From an uncultured Clostridia bacterium (GTDB taxonomy: Bacteria > Bacillota > Clostridia > TANB77 > CAG-508), in NCBI GenBank assembly GCA_946415375.1, contig CAMKSF010000004.1:33697-97696 (forward strand): a DNA stretch of 64,000 nucleotides, given 5' to 3'. The notes under the pieces are model-generated. The model worked only from the letters and a program-made list of their open reading frames with translations. It was not told the DNA's origin and ran no database searches. The position numbers were made by a program, and so were the translations under genes. Positions 19,475-28,239 of the stretch are shown here, in pieces (position 1 is the stretch's first letter; every line of letters begins with the position of its first letter).

Positions 19475-20382
19475 AAGATTTATCTGTTACTTTAAGTGGA
19501 GTAAAACTTGATAATCCTATTATTCCTGCTAGCGGAACATTTGGATTTGGATATGAGTTTGCGGATTTTTATGATATTAATTGCTTAGGTTCAATCTCTT
19601 TAAAAGGAACAACAAAAGATGAAAGATATGGAAACAAATTGCCACGTATTGCAGAATGTGAAAGAGGATTAATAAATTCAATAGGACTTCAAAATCCAGG
19701 AATAGATAAGGTTATTTCTGAAGAACTACCAAAGATAAGAAAAGTATTTAAAAAGCCATTAATTGCAAATATAAGTGGATTTTCTATAGAAGAATATGTA
19801 CACAATTGTGAAAAAATAGATAAAGAAGAACAAATAGAAATAATAGAATTAAATATTAGCTGTCCTAATGTAAATCATGGAGGAATGGCATTTGGAACTT
19901 CTCCAGAAGCAGCAAAAGAAGTTACAGAAGCAGTAAAAAAAGTTACAACAAAACCTCTATATGTTAAGCTTACTCCTAATGTAACAAATATTGCAGAAAT
20001 TGCAAAAGCATGTGAACAAGGTGGAGCAGATGGAATTGTTTTAATAAATACTTTACTTGGAATGAGAATTAACTTAAAAACTAGAAAACCAGTTATAGCA
20101 AATAAAATGGGAGGATTCTCAGGACCTGCAATATTTCCTGTAGCTTTAAGAATGGTATATCAAGTTTATGAAGCAGTAAATATTCCAATAATAGGAGTTG
20201 GAGGAATAGAAAAAGCAGAAGATGTAATTGAGATGATGCTTGCAGGAGCAACAGCAGTTGAAATTGGTGCTGCAAATTTAGTTAATCCTTATGCTTGTAA
20301 AGAAATAATTGAAGAATTACCAAAAGTTATGGAAAAATACAAAATAGAAAAATTAACAGATATTATAGGAAAAGCACACTAA
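19468..20382 (+). CDS. pyrD: Dihydroorotate dehydrogenase B catalytic subunit
   Basis: Overlaps pyrK by 7 nt. Motifs NSIGLQNPG, NISCPN and GGI..AED. Confidence 0.9.
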   Translation: MVKDLSVTLSGVKLDNPIIPASGTFGFGYEFADFYDINCLGSISLKGTTKDERYGNKLPRIAECERGLINSIGLQNPGIDKVISEELPKIRKVFKKPLIANISGFSIEEYVHNCEKIDKEEQIEIIELNISCPNVNHGGMAFGTSPEAAKEVTEAVKKVTTKPLYVKLTPNVTNIAEIAKACEQGGADGIVLINTLLGMRINLKTRKPVIANKMGGFSGPAIFPVALRMVYQVYEAVNIPIIGVGGIEKAEDVIEMMLAGATAVEIGAANLVNPYACKEIIEELPKVMEKYKIEKLTDIIGKAH

Positions 20383-20400
20383 AAGAAAGGAGAAAAATAA

Positions 20401-21099
20401 ATGGGAAAAGCAGTAATAATTGCATGTGATTTTAAAGATAAAGAAGAAACTCTTAACTTTTTAAATAGATTTGAAGATGAAAAGCTTTATTTAAAAATTG
20501 GAATGGAATTATTCTATTCAGAAGGTCCAGAAATAGTAAGGGAAATAAAGAAAAGAGGACACAAAATATTCTTAGATTTAAAACTACATGATATACCAAA
20601 TACAGTTGAAAAAGCCATGAGATCTTTAGCAAACCTAGATGTAGATATGACAAATGTACATGCATCAGGAACAATTAAAATGATGGAAGCGGGACTTCGA
20701 GGTCTAACAAAAGAAGATGGGACAAGACCACTATTAATTGCAGTAACACAACTTACATCTACAAGCCAAGAAGTAATGGAACAAGATTTACTTATAAAAG
20801 AAAATATAGAAGATGTAGTTATGCATTATGCAGAAAATTCTAAAAAAGCAGGACTAGATGGGGTTGTATGTTCACCACTTGAAGTTCAAGCAGTAAAGAG
20901 AAAATGTGGTAAAGAATTTTTAACAATAACTCCAGGAATAAGATTTAGTACAGATTCAAAAGATGACCAATCAAGAATTACAACACCTGCAAAAGCAAAA
21001 GAATTAGGTTCAGACTATATTGTTGTTGGAAGATCAATTACAAGAGCAGAAAATCCACAAGAAGCATATAGAAAATGTGTAGAGGATTTTTGCGATTAG
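20401..21099 (+). CDS. pyrF: Orotidine-5'-phosphate decarboxylase
   Basis: DLKLHDIPNT and VVGRSIT motifs. Confidence 0.9.
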   Translation: MGKAVIIACDFKDKEETLNFLNRFEDEKLYLKIGMELFYSEGPEIVREIKKRGHKIFLDLKLHDIPNTVEKAMRSLANLDVDMTNVHASGTIKMMEAGLRGLTKEDGTRPLLIAVTQLTSTSQEVMEQDLLIKENIEDVVMHYAENSKKAGLDGVVCSPLEVQAVKRKCGKEFLTITPGIRFSTDSKDDQSRITTPAKAKELGSDYIVVGRSITRAENPQEAYRKCVEDFCD

Positions 21100-21115
21100 A
21101 GGAGAAATTCAGATA

Positions 21116-21865
21116 ATGGAAAAAGAAAAACAAAAACAAAAACAAAATAAACTAATTATATTGGTTGGAGACAGTGGGTGTGGAAAAACAGAATTGATGA
21201 AATTGGTACTTCAAAATTATAGTGAAAAATTTAGTGCAATAAAAAAGAGCTCTACTAGAGAAGCAAGATCAGGAGAAGAAAATGCCATAGAAATAAAACC
21301 CGGATGTTCTATTCAAGAAGTAGATGCTATGGATTATGTGTATACTGGACACAATAGTAATAAATATGGATTTATGAAAGAACAAATTGAAGAACCATTT
21401 AATCAAGGAAAATCTCCAATGGTTATAGTTGATAGTGAAGAATTACTAAAGAAATTGTGTAGAAATTATACAGGGAGAGTTTGTCCAATATATATTCAAA
21501 GAGATGAAAGTGATGAGGATTTTATAGAAGAATTAAAGAGACAAGGAAGAACAGAAGAACAAATAAAACAAAGATTAGACTCAAGACACAAAGCAAAGAA
21601 TTTATGGGTGCAATGCAAAGATCTTTTTGGATATAGATATATTATTAATGGACCTTTTTTAAACAAAGAAAAATTTCTTGGTTGGTTTGAAACAATAGCT
21701 GAAGAAAATAATATAGATTTGACAGAATCAAATCATAAAAATGGAGCTAAAGGAATAGTTAATTACTATAGAAAACTATGGACAGGAAGACCTGCATTAT
21801 TATCTTCAAATGTTGGCTATGAGCCAATAATTGAAACAGATGAAGAAAAAGAAGAAATTAGATAA
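21116..21865 (+). CDS. Guanylate-kinase-like P-loop protein inserted in the pyr operon
   Basis: ILVGDSGCGKTELMK (P-loop) and SSTREARSGEEN, which resembles the Gmk TTRxxRxGE motif. Lies between pyrF and pyrE with 16-20 nt gaps. Confidence 0.6.
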   Translation: MEKEKQKQKQNKLIILVGDSGCGKTELMKLVLQNYSEKFSAIKKSSTREARSGEENAIEIKPGCSIQEVDAMDYVYTGHNSNKYGFMKEQIEEPFNQGKSPMVIVDSEELLKKLCRNYTGRVCPIYIQRDESDEDFIEELKRQGRTEEQIKQRLDSRHKAKNLWVQCKDLFGYRYIINGPFLNKEKFLGWFETIAEENNIDLTESNHKNGAKGIVNYYRKLWTGRPALLSSNVGYEPIIETDEEKEEIR

Positions 21866-21885
21866 AAAATTAGGAGGATTGTATT

Positions 21886-22527
21886 ATGGAAGATTTATCA
21901 AAGAAAATTGCAAAGGAATTATTAGAAATAGGGGCAGTATTTTTAAATTTAGAGAACCCATTTACATGGGCTAGTGGAATAAAAAGTCCAATATATTGTG
22001 ATAACAGATTAACACTTACAGCACCAAAAGTAAGAGATGATGTAGAAGAAGGCTTTATTCAAGTAATAAAAGAAAATTATCCAGAAGTTGAAGTTTTAAT
22101 GGGAACAAGTACATCAGGAATTCCACATGCTGCAATAATTGCAGACAGAATGAATTTACCAATGGGATATGTTAGGGGAAGTAATAAAGACCATGGAAGA
22201 GGAAATCAAATTGAAGGAAAATTAGAAAAAGGACAAAAAGTTGTAGTTATTGAAGATTTAATTTCAACAGCAGGAAGTGTTTTAGATGTTGTAAAGGCAC
22301 TAAGAGAAGCGGGAGCAGATGTTTTAGGGATAGCAAGTATTTATACACATAATATGAAAAAAAGTAAAGATAGATTTGAAGAAGAAAAAGTTAAAAATGT
22401 TAGTATGACTAATTTTGATGTATTAGTTGAAATTGCAGCAGATGAAGGATATATCAAACAAGAAGATATACAGAAATTAATAAAATTTAGGAATAACCCA
22501 AGTGATGAGAGTTGGAGAACCAATTAA
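21886..22527 (+). CDS. pyrE: Orotate phosphoribosyltransferase
   Basis: PRPP-binding VVVIEDLISTAGS. Confidence 0.9.
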   Translation: MEDLSKKIAKELLEIGAVFLNLENPFTWASGIKSPIYCDNRLTLTAPKVRDDVEEGFIQVIKENYPEVEVLMGTSTSGIPHAAIIADRMNLPMGYVRGSNKDHGRGNQIEGKLEKGQKVVVIEDLISTAGSVLDVVKALREAGADVLGIASIYTHNMKKSKDRFEEEKVKNVSMTNFDVLVEIAADEGYIKQEDIQKLIKFRNNPSDESWRTN

Positions 22528-22562
22528 TGATAAGTTATAGCTAAATTAATAGGAGACACTAA

Positions 22563-22976
22563 ATGGATTATATATATAAAAGAGAAATAAACTATTATGA
22601 AACAGATAAGATGGGAATAGTTCATCATTCTAATTACATTAGATTTTTAGAAGAAGCAAGATGTAGGTGGTTAAAAGAAATTGGAGTTTCGATGGAATTT
22701 TTAGAAGAAAATGGATATACAATTCCAACATTAGAAGTTAACTGCCAATATAAAAAACATGTTACAAGTGGAGATACAATATTGATTAAGCCAATACTAA
22801 CTGAATACAACGGAGTAAGAATGACAGTTTCTTATGAAGTAACAGAATGCAATACCAGTAAAGAGATTATCAAAGCTTGGACAAAACATTGCTTCACAAA
22901 TAATGAATTTAAACCTATAAACATGAAGAAGAATAATATACAAATACACAATATTTTCGAAAAATTAAAACGATAG
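22563..22976 (+). CDS. YbgC/4HBT-type acyl-CoA thioesterase
   Basis: YYETDKMGIVHHSNYIRFLEEAR hotdog-fold signature. Confidence 0.75.
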   Translation: MDYIYKREINYYETDKMGIVHHSNYIRFLEEARCRWLKEIGVSMEFLEENGYTIPTLEVNCQYKKHVTSGDTILIKPILTEYNGVRMTVSYEVTECNTSKEIIKAWTKHCFTNNEFKPINMKKNNIQIHNIFEKLKR

Positions 22977-22986
22977 ATTATATTAT

Positions 22987-23026
22987 AGAGTAAGTTCGAA
23001 TTAACTTTAAGCTTACTCTTTTTTTA
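22987..23026 (+). terminator. Intrinsic terminator ending the pyr/thioesterase transcription unit
   Basis: AGAGTAAG (22987-22994) / CTTACTCT (23012-23019), followed by TTTTTTT. Confidence 0.65.
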
Positions 23027-23126
23027 ATTCTTTTAAAAAGGAAAAATAATTTTTAATAGGTTAGTTGTATAATTTATTAAGTTGTTATAAAATACTAAAG
23101 AAAAGTAAAATAAAAAGGAAAAAAGA

Positions 23127-23792
23127 ATGAAACAAAAATTAGAGAAGATAAAGATATTTTTAATAGAAAATTATAAATGGATAATTTTATTTATTTGTAT
23201 AATAAGTTTAATAGTATTAATAGAAGATGTAATGGATAATGACATAATGGCATTTGATGAGAAGGGATATTTCATTATATCTAGATATTTAATGTCAGAT
23301 ACTATGACTTCTATTGCAAAATGTATTACCAATCTTGCAAATATGTATTGGTTGATTGGAACTTCCATAATATTACTTATTTTTCTTAAGAATAAAAGGA
23401 CAGGATTAAATATAGCTATAAATCTAGGGCTTTCTGCACTTGTGAACTTTACAATAAAACAAATAATACAAAGACCAAGACCAGTAGGACATAGAATTAT
23501 AGATGAAAGTGGATATAGTTTGCCATCAGGACATTCTATGGTAAGTATGGCTTTTTATGGATTTTTAATTTACCTTATATATAAAAATGTGAAAAATAAA
23601 TATTTAAAAACTATTTTAATATTATTATTAACAATACTAATTATTAGTATAGGTGTAAGTAGAATCTATTTAGGTGTTCACTATGTGAGCGATGTACTTG
23701 CAGGGTTTTTGGTTGCAATTGCATATTTGGTAATTTTTATTCATGCAATAAACAATGTGAAAATATCAGGAAAAAGTGGAAATGGTAAATGA
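23127..23792 (+). CDS. PAP2-family phosphatase (BcrC/undecaprenyl-diphosphatase-like)
   Basis: KQIIQRPRP, SLPSGHS and SRIYLGVHYVSDV motifs. Confidence 0.8.
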   Translation: MKQKLEKIKIFLIENYKWIILFICIISLIVLIEDVMDNDIMAFDEKGYFIISRYLMSDTMTSIAKCITNLANMYWLIGTSIILLIFLKNKRTGLNIAINLGLSALVNFTIKQIIQRPRPVGHRIIDESGYSLPSGHSMVSMAFYGFLIYLIYKNVKNKYLKTILILLLTILIISIGVSRIYLGVHYVSDVLAGFLVAIAYLVIFIHAINNVKISGKSGNGK

Positions 23793-23830
23793 TAATCATT
23801 TATTAAATAACTATATAATTAATAGAAAAA

Positions 23831-23870
23831 ACAGCTAAAGTTCAATATGAATCTAGCTGTTTTATTTTTA
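23831..23870. terminator. Bidirectional terminator (PAP2 / upp)
   Basis: ACAGCTA (23831-23837) / TAGCTGT (23854-23860), with T-runs on both strands. Confidence 0.55.
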
Positions 23871-23881
23871 TAAAAATAAAT

Positions 23882-24508
23882 CTATTTTGTTCCAAAAATT
23901 CTATCTCCAGCATCTCCTAATCCTGGAACAATATATGCATTTTCGTTTAATTTTTCATCTATACATGCTGTATAAACCGTTACATCTGGATGTAATTCTT
24001 CTATTTTTTTAATACCTTCTGGTGCTGAAATTATAGACAAAAATTTAATTTTCTTAACACCATCTTCTTTTAACATAGAAATTGTATCACATGCAGAGCC
24101 ACCTGTAGCAAGCATTGGGTCTAAAACTATTACTTCTCTGTTTGCAATATCTTGTGGCATTTTATAATAATACTTTATAGGCTCATGAGTTGTTTCATCT
24201 CTATATAAACCAACATGACCAATTTTTGCATTTGGAATAGCATTTATTAATCCATCAAGCATTCCTGTTCCTGCACGTAAAATAGGAACAAATGCATATT
24301 TATTTTCATCTAATTTTTGAGCTTTTGTTTTACAAATTGGAGTTTCTATTTCTACTTCTTCTAAAACAGCATCTGACATTGCTTCATAGCAAAGGAAAGT
24401 TGCAATTTCTCCAATGATTTCTCTAAATTCTTTTGTACCGGTTCTTTTATCTCTAATTATTGCAAGTTTATGCTTAATTAAAGGATTATTTAAGACAACT
24501 GTATTCAT
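23882..24508 (-). CDS. upp: Uracil phosphoribosyltransferase
   Basis: Full-length Upp-like sequence with [11 protein letters not shown] and [12 protein letters not shown]. Confidence 0.9.
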   Translation of the reverse strand: MNTVVLNNPLIKHKLAIIRDKRTGTKEFREIIGEIATFLCYEAMSDAVLEEVEIETPICKTKAQKLDENKYAFVPILRAGTGMLDGLINAIPNAKIGHVGLYRDETTHEPIKYYYKMPQDIANREVIVLDPMLATGGSACDTISMLKEDGVKKIKFLSIISAPEGIKKIEELHPDVTVYTACIDEKLNENAYIVPGLGDAGDRIFGTK

Positions 24509-24522
24509 TGTATCCTCCTAAT

Positions 24523-25809
24523 TTAATTATCTTTTTCAGCAGGAAGGAATAGATTTAATAAAATTCCAACAATTGCTGCTAAACTCATTCCAGAGATTGT
24601 AATAGATAAATCTCCAGAAACTATAGATATTGCTGCTCCACCTAAACCTAAAACAAGCATTGAAGAAGCAACAACTACATTTTTAGATTTACCAAAATCT
24701 ATTTGATTTTGAATAAGAACTTTAAGACCATTTACTGCAATAAATCCATATAGAAGAAGTGATACTCCTCCAAGTACTGGATTAGGTATAGTAGAAACCA
24801 ATGCAGTGAATTTTCCTAAAAATCCTAAACAGATTGCAAAAATTGCAGCTAGTCCAATAACCCAAACTGAAGCAACTTTAGTCATTCCTACAACAGATGT
24901 ATTTTCTCCATATGTTGTATTTGAAGGACCTCCAAACAATCCAGCAACAAAAGTTGCGATACCATCTCCTAAAAGAGTTCTATCTAATCCTGGATCTTTT
25001 AGTAAGTCTTTACCAATAATTGTGCCTAGTGCTGTGTGGTCACCAATATGTTCTGCCATAGTAACTAAAGCTATAGGAGCTATTGTAAGTAAAGCTGAGA
25101 AATTTGGCATATAACTTACAAAAGGTATTACAAAGCTTGGCATGCTAAAGAATGATGCTTCTAATACAGGTGCAAAGTCAACTAATCCTAAAATTATTGA
25201 TAAAATATAACCTGTAACGATACCAATTAAAAATGGTATGATTTTAATAAATCCTCTTGCTCTAACCATAACAATTGCAGTTGTTAAAAATGTAACTACA
25301 GCGACGGCTACTCCTCTCCAATCAACATCTACACCAGTTCCAAGACCTATTTGAGATATTGCACTTGGAGCTAATCCTAATCCAATTATCATAATCATTG
25401 GTCCAATTACAACAGGTGGTAATAGTTTATCTAGCCAGTTTTTACCTGCAAATTTAATAATAATTGCAAAAACTACATAGATTAAACCAACTACCATAAC
25501 TCCTGTCATTGCTCCAGAAATTCCACCTTTAACAAAAGCAGCTGCAAGTGGAGCTATAAAGGCAAAAGAGCTTCCTAGGTACACTGGAGATTTTCCTTTA
25601 GTACAAAGAATGTAAATTAAAGTACCAATACCTGAGGTAACAAGTGCAACTGGGATTGTAAGTACAACCTCTCCTGCTGCAGTATTTACTAAAATAGGCA
25701 CTAAAATTGTAGCACCAAACATTGCAAAAACATGTTGTAAGGCAAGTATGATCCACTTTGCAATAGGTGGTTTTTCGTTTACATCATAAAGCATTTTTTG
25801 TTCTTCCAT
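24523..25809 (-). CDS. uraA: Uracil permease (NCS2 family)
   Basis: 12-TM NCS2-type sequence. The start was moved from 25848 to ATG 25809 (GGAGG 9 nt upstream). Confidence 0.85.
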   Translation of the reverse strand: MEEQKMLYDVNEKPPIAKWIILALQHVFAMFGATILVPILVNTAAGEVVLTIPVALVTSGIGTLIYILCTKGKSPVYLGSSFAFIAPLAAAFVKGGISGAMTGVMVVGLIYVVFAIIIKFAGKNWLDKLLPPVVIGPMIMIIGLGLAPSAISQIGLGTGVDVDWRGVAVAVVTFLTTAIVMVRARGFIKIIPFLIGIVTGYILSIILGLVDFAPVLEASFFSMPSFVIPFVSYMPNFSALLTIAPIALVTMAEHIGDHTALGTIIGKDLLKDPGLDRTLLGDGIATFVAGLFGGPSNTTYGENTSVVGMTKVASVWVIGLAAIFAICLGFLGKFTALVSTIPNPVLGGVSLLLYGFIAVNGLKVLIQNQIDFGKSKNVVVASSMLVLGLGGAAISIVSGDLSITISGMSLAAIVGILLNLFLPAEKDN

Positions 25810-25846
25810 TAGAACATTCCTCCTTTTATTTTTTTTTGGCATATAC

Positions 25847-25872
25847 AAAAAAAAATACTAGTAACTAGTATT
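25847..25872 (-). terminator. Leader (attenuator-type) intrinsic terminator upstream of uraA
   Basis: On the - strand, AATACTAG / CTAGTATT hairpin (25872-25854) followed by a 9-T run (25855-25847). It ends 38 nt before the uraA ATG. Confidence 0.6.
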
Positions 25873-26201
25873 CTTTAAAAGGGAAAAATAGAAAAAGAAA
25901 TAACACTTGCAGGAATACAAGCAAGAGTATTATTTATTAATACATTATCTTTATTAATATTTCCCATTTTTTACACCTCGACAAAATAATACAATAAATG
26001 ATAAAAAATTGCAAGTGAATTTGAAAAAAATATAAAATTGTATAAGAAGATATTGATAATTTGTTGAAATATTTACTTTTTTGTGATAAATATAATATAT
26101 AATGAGAATATTTAATCTGTTTAATCACAATATGAAAGATTATGAAGAGATAAGAATTTAAATTTAAGTTTTAAATAGAAAAAATGTAGAAAGGTAAAGC
26201 T

Positions 26202-26744
26202 ATGGAAGAATTATTTGATGTTTTAAATGAAAAAGGAGAATATACAAATAGAGTAGAAACAAGAAAAAAGTGCCATAAAGAAGGCTTATATCATAAAGCA
26301 GTTGTTGTATTTATAATTAATTCAAAAGGTCAAGTTCTATTACAAAGAAGAAGCCCAAACAAAAGAATGTGGCCAAATCTGTGGGATGTAACTGCAGGTG
26401 GACATGTTTCATCAGGAGAATTTGGTTTTCAAGCAATAATCAGAGAATGTAAAGAGGAATTAGGAATTGAATTAAATAAAGATGATATAACATTTATAGG
26501 CTCAACAAAATCTACTAATATAAAAGGAGATATAATAAATAATCATTTTAATGAAATTTACATAGCAAATAAAGAGATAGATGAAACCAAACTTAAATTG
26601 CAAGAAGATGAGGTTGCAGAGGTTATATGGGTAGATAAAGATGAGATTATAAAAAGAATTAGAGACAACTATAATGGAATTACAGATAAAGAAGGTTGTT
26701 GGGAATATTTGATTAAATATTATGAGTGGTTAGATAGAAATTAA
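26202..26744 (+). CDS. NUDIX hydrolase
   Basis: Nudix box GGHVSSGEFGFQAIIRECKEELGI. Confidence 0.8.
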   Translation: MEELFDVLNEKGEYTNRVETRKKCHKEGLYHKAVVVFIINSKGQVLLQRRSPNKRMWPNLWDVTAGGHVSSGEFGFQAIIRECKEELGIELNKDDITFIGSTKSTNIKGDIINNHFNEIYIANKEIDETKLKLQEDEVAEVIWVDKDEIIKRIRDNYNGITDKEGCWEYLIKYYEWLDRN

Positions 26745-26755
26745 AGGAGGAAAAA

Positions 26756-27292
26756 ATGTCAGTTAAAATAATATATTTTGTACATGGTACTACAACAGAT
26801 AATGAAGAACATAAATCTACTGGACAAAATCCAGGAGTTTTAAGTAATTTAGGAATAGCTCAAAGCAAAGAATTAAGAAATAAGATAAATTTAGATGAAA
26901 TAGATTTAGTAATTTGCTCTGATTTGAGGCGTGCAATAGATTCTGCAAATCTTACATTTGAAAATAGTAAGGAAATTATACAAGATGCCCGAATTAGAGA
27001 GTGTAACTATGGTGATTTAAATGGTAAAGATAGCGCACTTGTTATAGATGAAGAACATATTGATATTCCATTCCCAAATGGTGAATCAATGAAAGATGTT
27101 GAAAAAAGATTAAGAGATTTTTGTAAATACTTATTAGATAATTATGATGGAAAAACAATAGCGCTAGTTGCTCATAAGGCTCCACAGTTAGCACTTGAAG
27201 TAATTACTAAAAATATTACTTGGGAAGAAGCAATAAAAAATGATTGGAGAAAAACAAAATCTTGGAGACCAGGTTGGGAATATATAATATAA
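26756..27292 (+). CDS. Histidine-phosphatase (PGAM-like) family protein
   Basis: IIYFVHGTTTDN (an RHG-like motif with V for R) and a later LVAHKAP. Confidence 0.55.
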   Translation: MSVKIIYFVHGTTTDNEEHKSTGQNPGVLSNLGIAQSKELRNKINLDEIDLVICSDLRRAIDSANLTFENSKEIIQDARIRECNYGDLNGKDSALVIDEEHIDIPFPNGESMKDVEKRLRDFCKYLLDNYDGKTIALVAHKAPQLALEVITKNITWEEAIKNDWRKTKSWRPGWEYII

Positions 27293-27313
27293 ATAAAAGG
27301 ATAACAAATTATT

Positions 27314-27344
27314 AGATATAGTATAAATGCTATATCTTTTTTTT
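27314..27344 (+). terminator. Intrinsic terminator
   Basis: AGATATAG (27314-27321) / CTATATCT (27330-27337), then a T-run. Confidence 0.5.
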
Positions 27345-27436
27345 GTATGTAAAATGTAATGACTTGATTAAAAAAAAATAATTGATATAAGGAAATGGTT
27401 TTATATAGAATCATTTCCTTATTTAATATATATGAA

Positions 27437-28027
27437 TTATTTAATAAATTGTCTAATAGCATTATATAAATATGGTTTATATTCATCAATAGGAAGAGGT
27501 CTTTTATCTAAAATAGAAGTAAAACATGTAGAGCTAACAAGTTCTATTATCATGAAAAGTGTTACTTCTGGATTATCCAGTTTAATATTATTCTCTTTTA
27601 CACCCTTTAAAAATAAACTGTAAAAACTAGATTCGCTATTTTCTCCATTATCATATATCTTTATAATTGACTTATTATAAATACCCCAAGATAAATTTTT
27701 AGAAATAAATTTTAAAAGCATAGGTTTCTTTTTTAATTCATCAATTACATAATTTATAATAAAAATTATTTGATCTGAAAAGTTTTGAATATAGTTTTTT
27801 CTAAGCTCATTTAATGCATCATTAAATAATTTTTCTGATTTTGTTGTGATTAAAATATCTTGAAGTTCATATTTATCTTTAAAATACAAATAAAAAGTAC
27901 CTTTTGCAACATTAGCACTATCTACAATTTCTTGAATAGAAGTGTTTTTTATGCCTTTATCAGAAAATAATGAAAAGGCAGTATCTAATAGTCTTTGTTT
28001 TTTATCATTTGAAAATTCCTGTGTCAT
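27437..28027 (-). CDS. TetR/AcrR-family transcriptional regulator
   Basis: KKQRLLDTAFSLFSDKGIKNTSIQEIVDSANVAKGTFYLYFKDK. The start was moved to ATG 28027 (GGGAGAAG RBS). Confidence 0.8.
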   Translation of the reverse strand: MTQEFSNDKKQRLLDTAFSLFSDKGIKNTSIQEIVDSANVAKGTFYLYFKDKYELQDILITTKSEKLFNDALNELRKNYIQNFSDQIIFIINYVIDELKKKPMLLKFISKNLSWGIYNKSIIKIYDNGENSESSFYSLFLKGVKENNIKLDNPEVTLFMIIELVSSTCFTSILDKRPLPIDEYKPYLYNAIRQFIK

Positions 28028-28165
28028 TTGACATCTTCTCCCTTCGAGTAATATTATGTCATATTTTGTACGATTAGTCAATATGTTATATAAAAAATAT
28101 GCAAATTAAAATTAACAGCTGAACGACAGTAAATAAAGAAAAAAACAGAAACTTATTAAGAATGA

Positions 28166-28214
28166 TTGACAGATTGTTATAGATTGTGTTATAATGAAAA
28201 ATGACCGTTGGTCA
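28166..28214 (+). promoter_or_regulatory. Promoter of the MMPL operon with a candidate TetR operator
   Basis: TTGACA (28166-28171), 18-nt spacer containing AGATTGT twice, TATAAT (28190-28195), then the palindrome TGACC-GTT-GGTCA (28202-28214). Confidence 0.5.
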
Positions 28215-28239
28215 GGAAGAAGGGATAAGTATAAAATGA

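Noticed and set aside
25904-25927. PyrR binding loop in the uraA leader.
   Set aside because: The stem-loop CUUGC-UUGUAUUCCU-GCAAG only weakly resembles the UCCAGAGAGG consensus (about 6 of 9 positions), and no pyrR gene is in the window. Only the terminator is reported.
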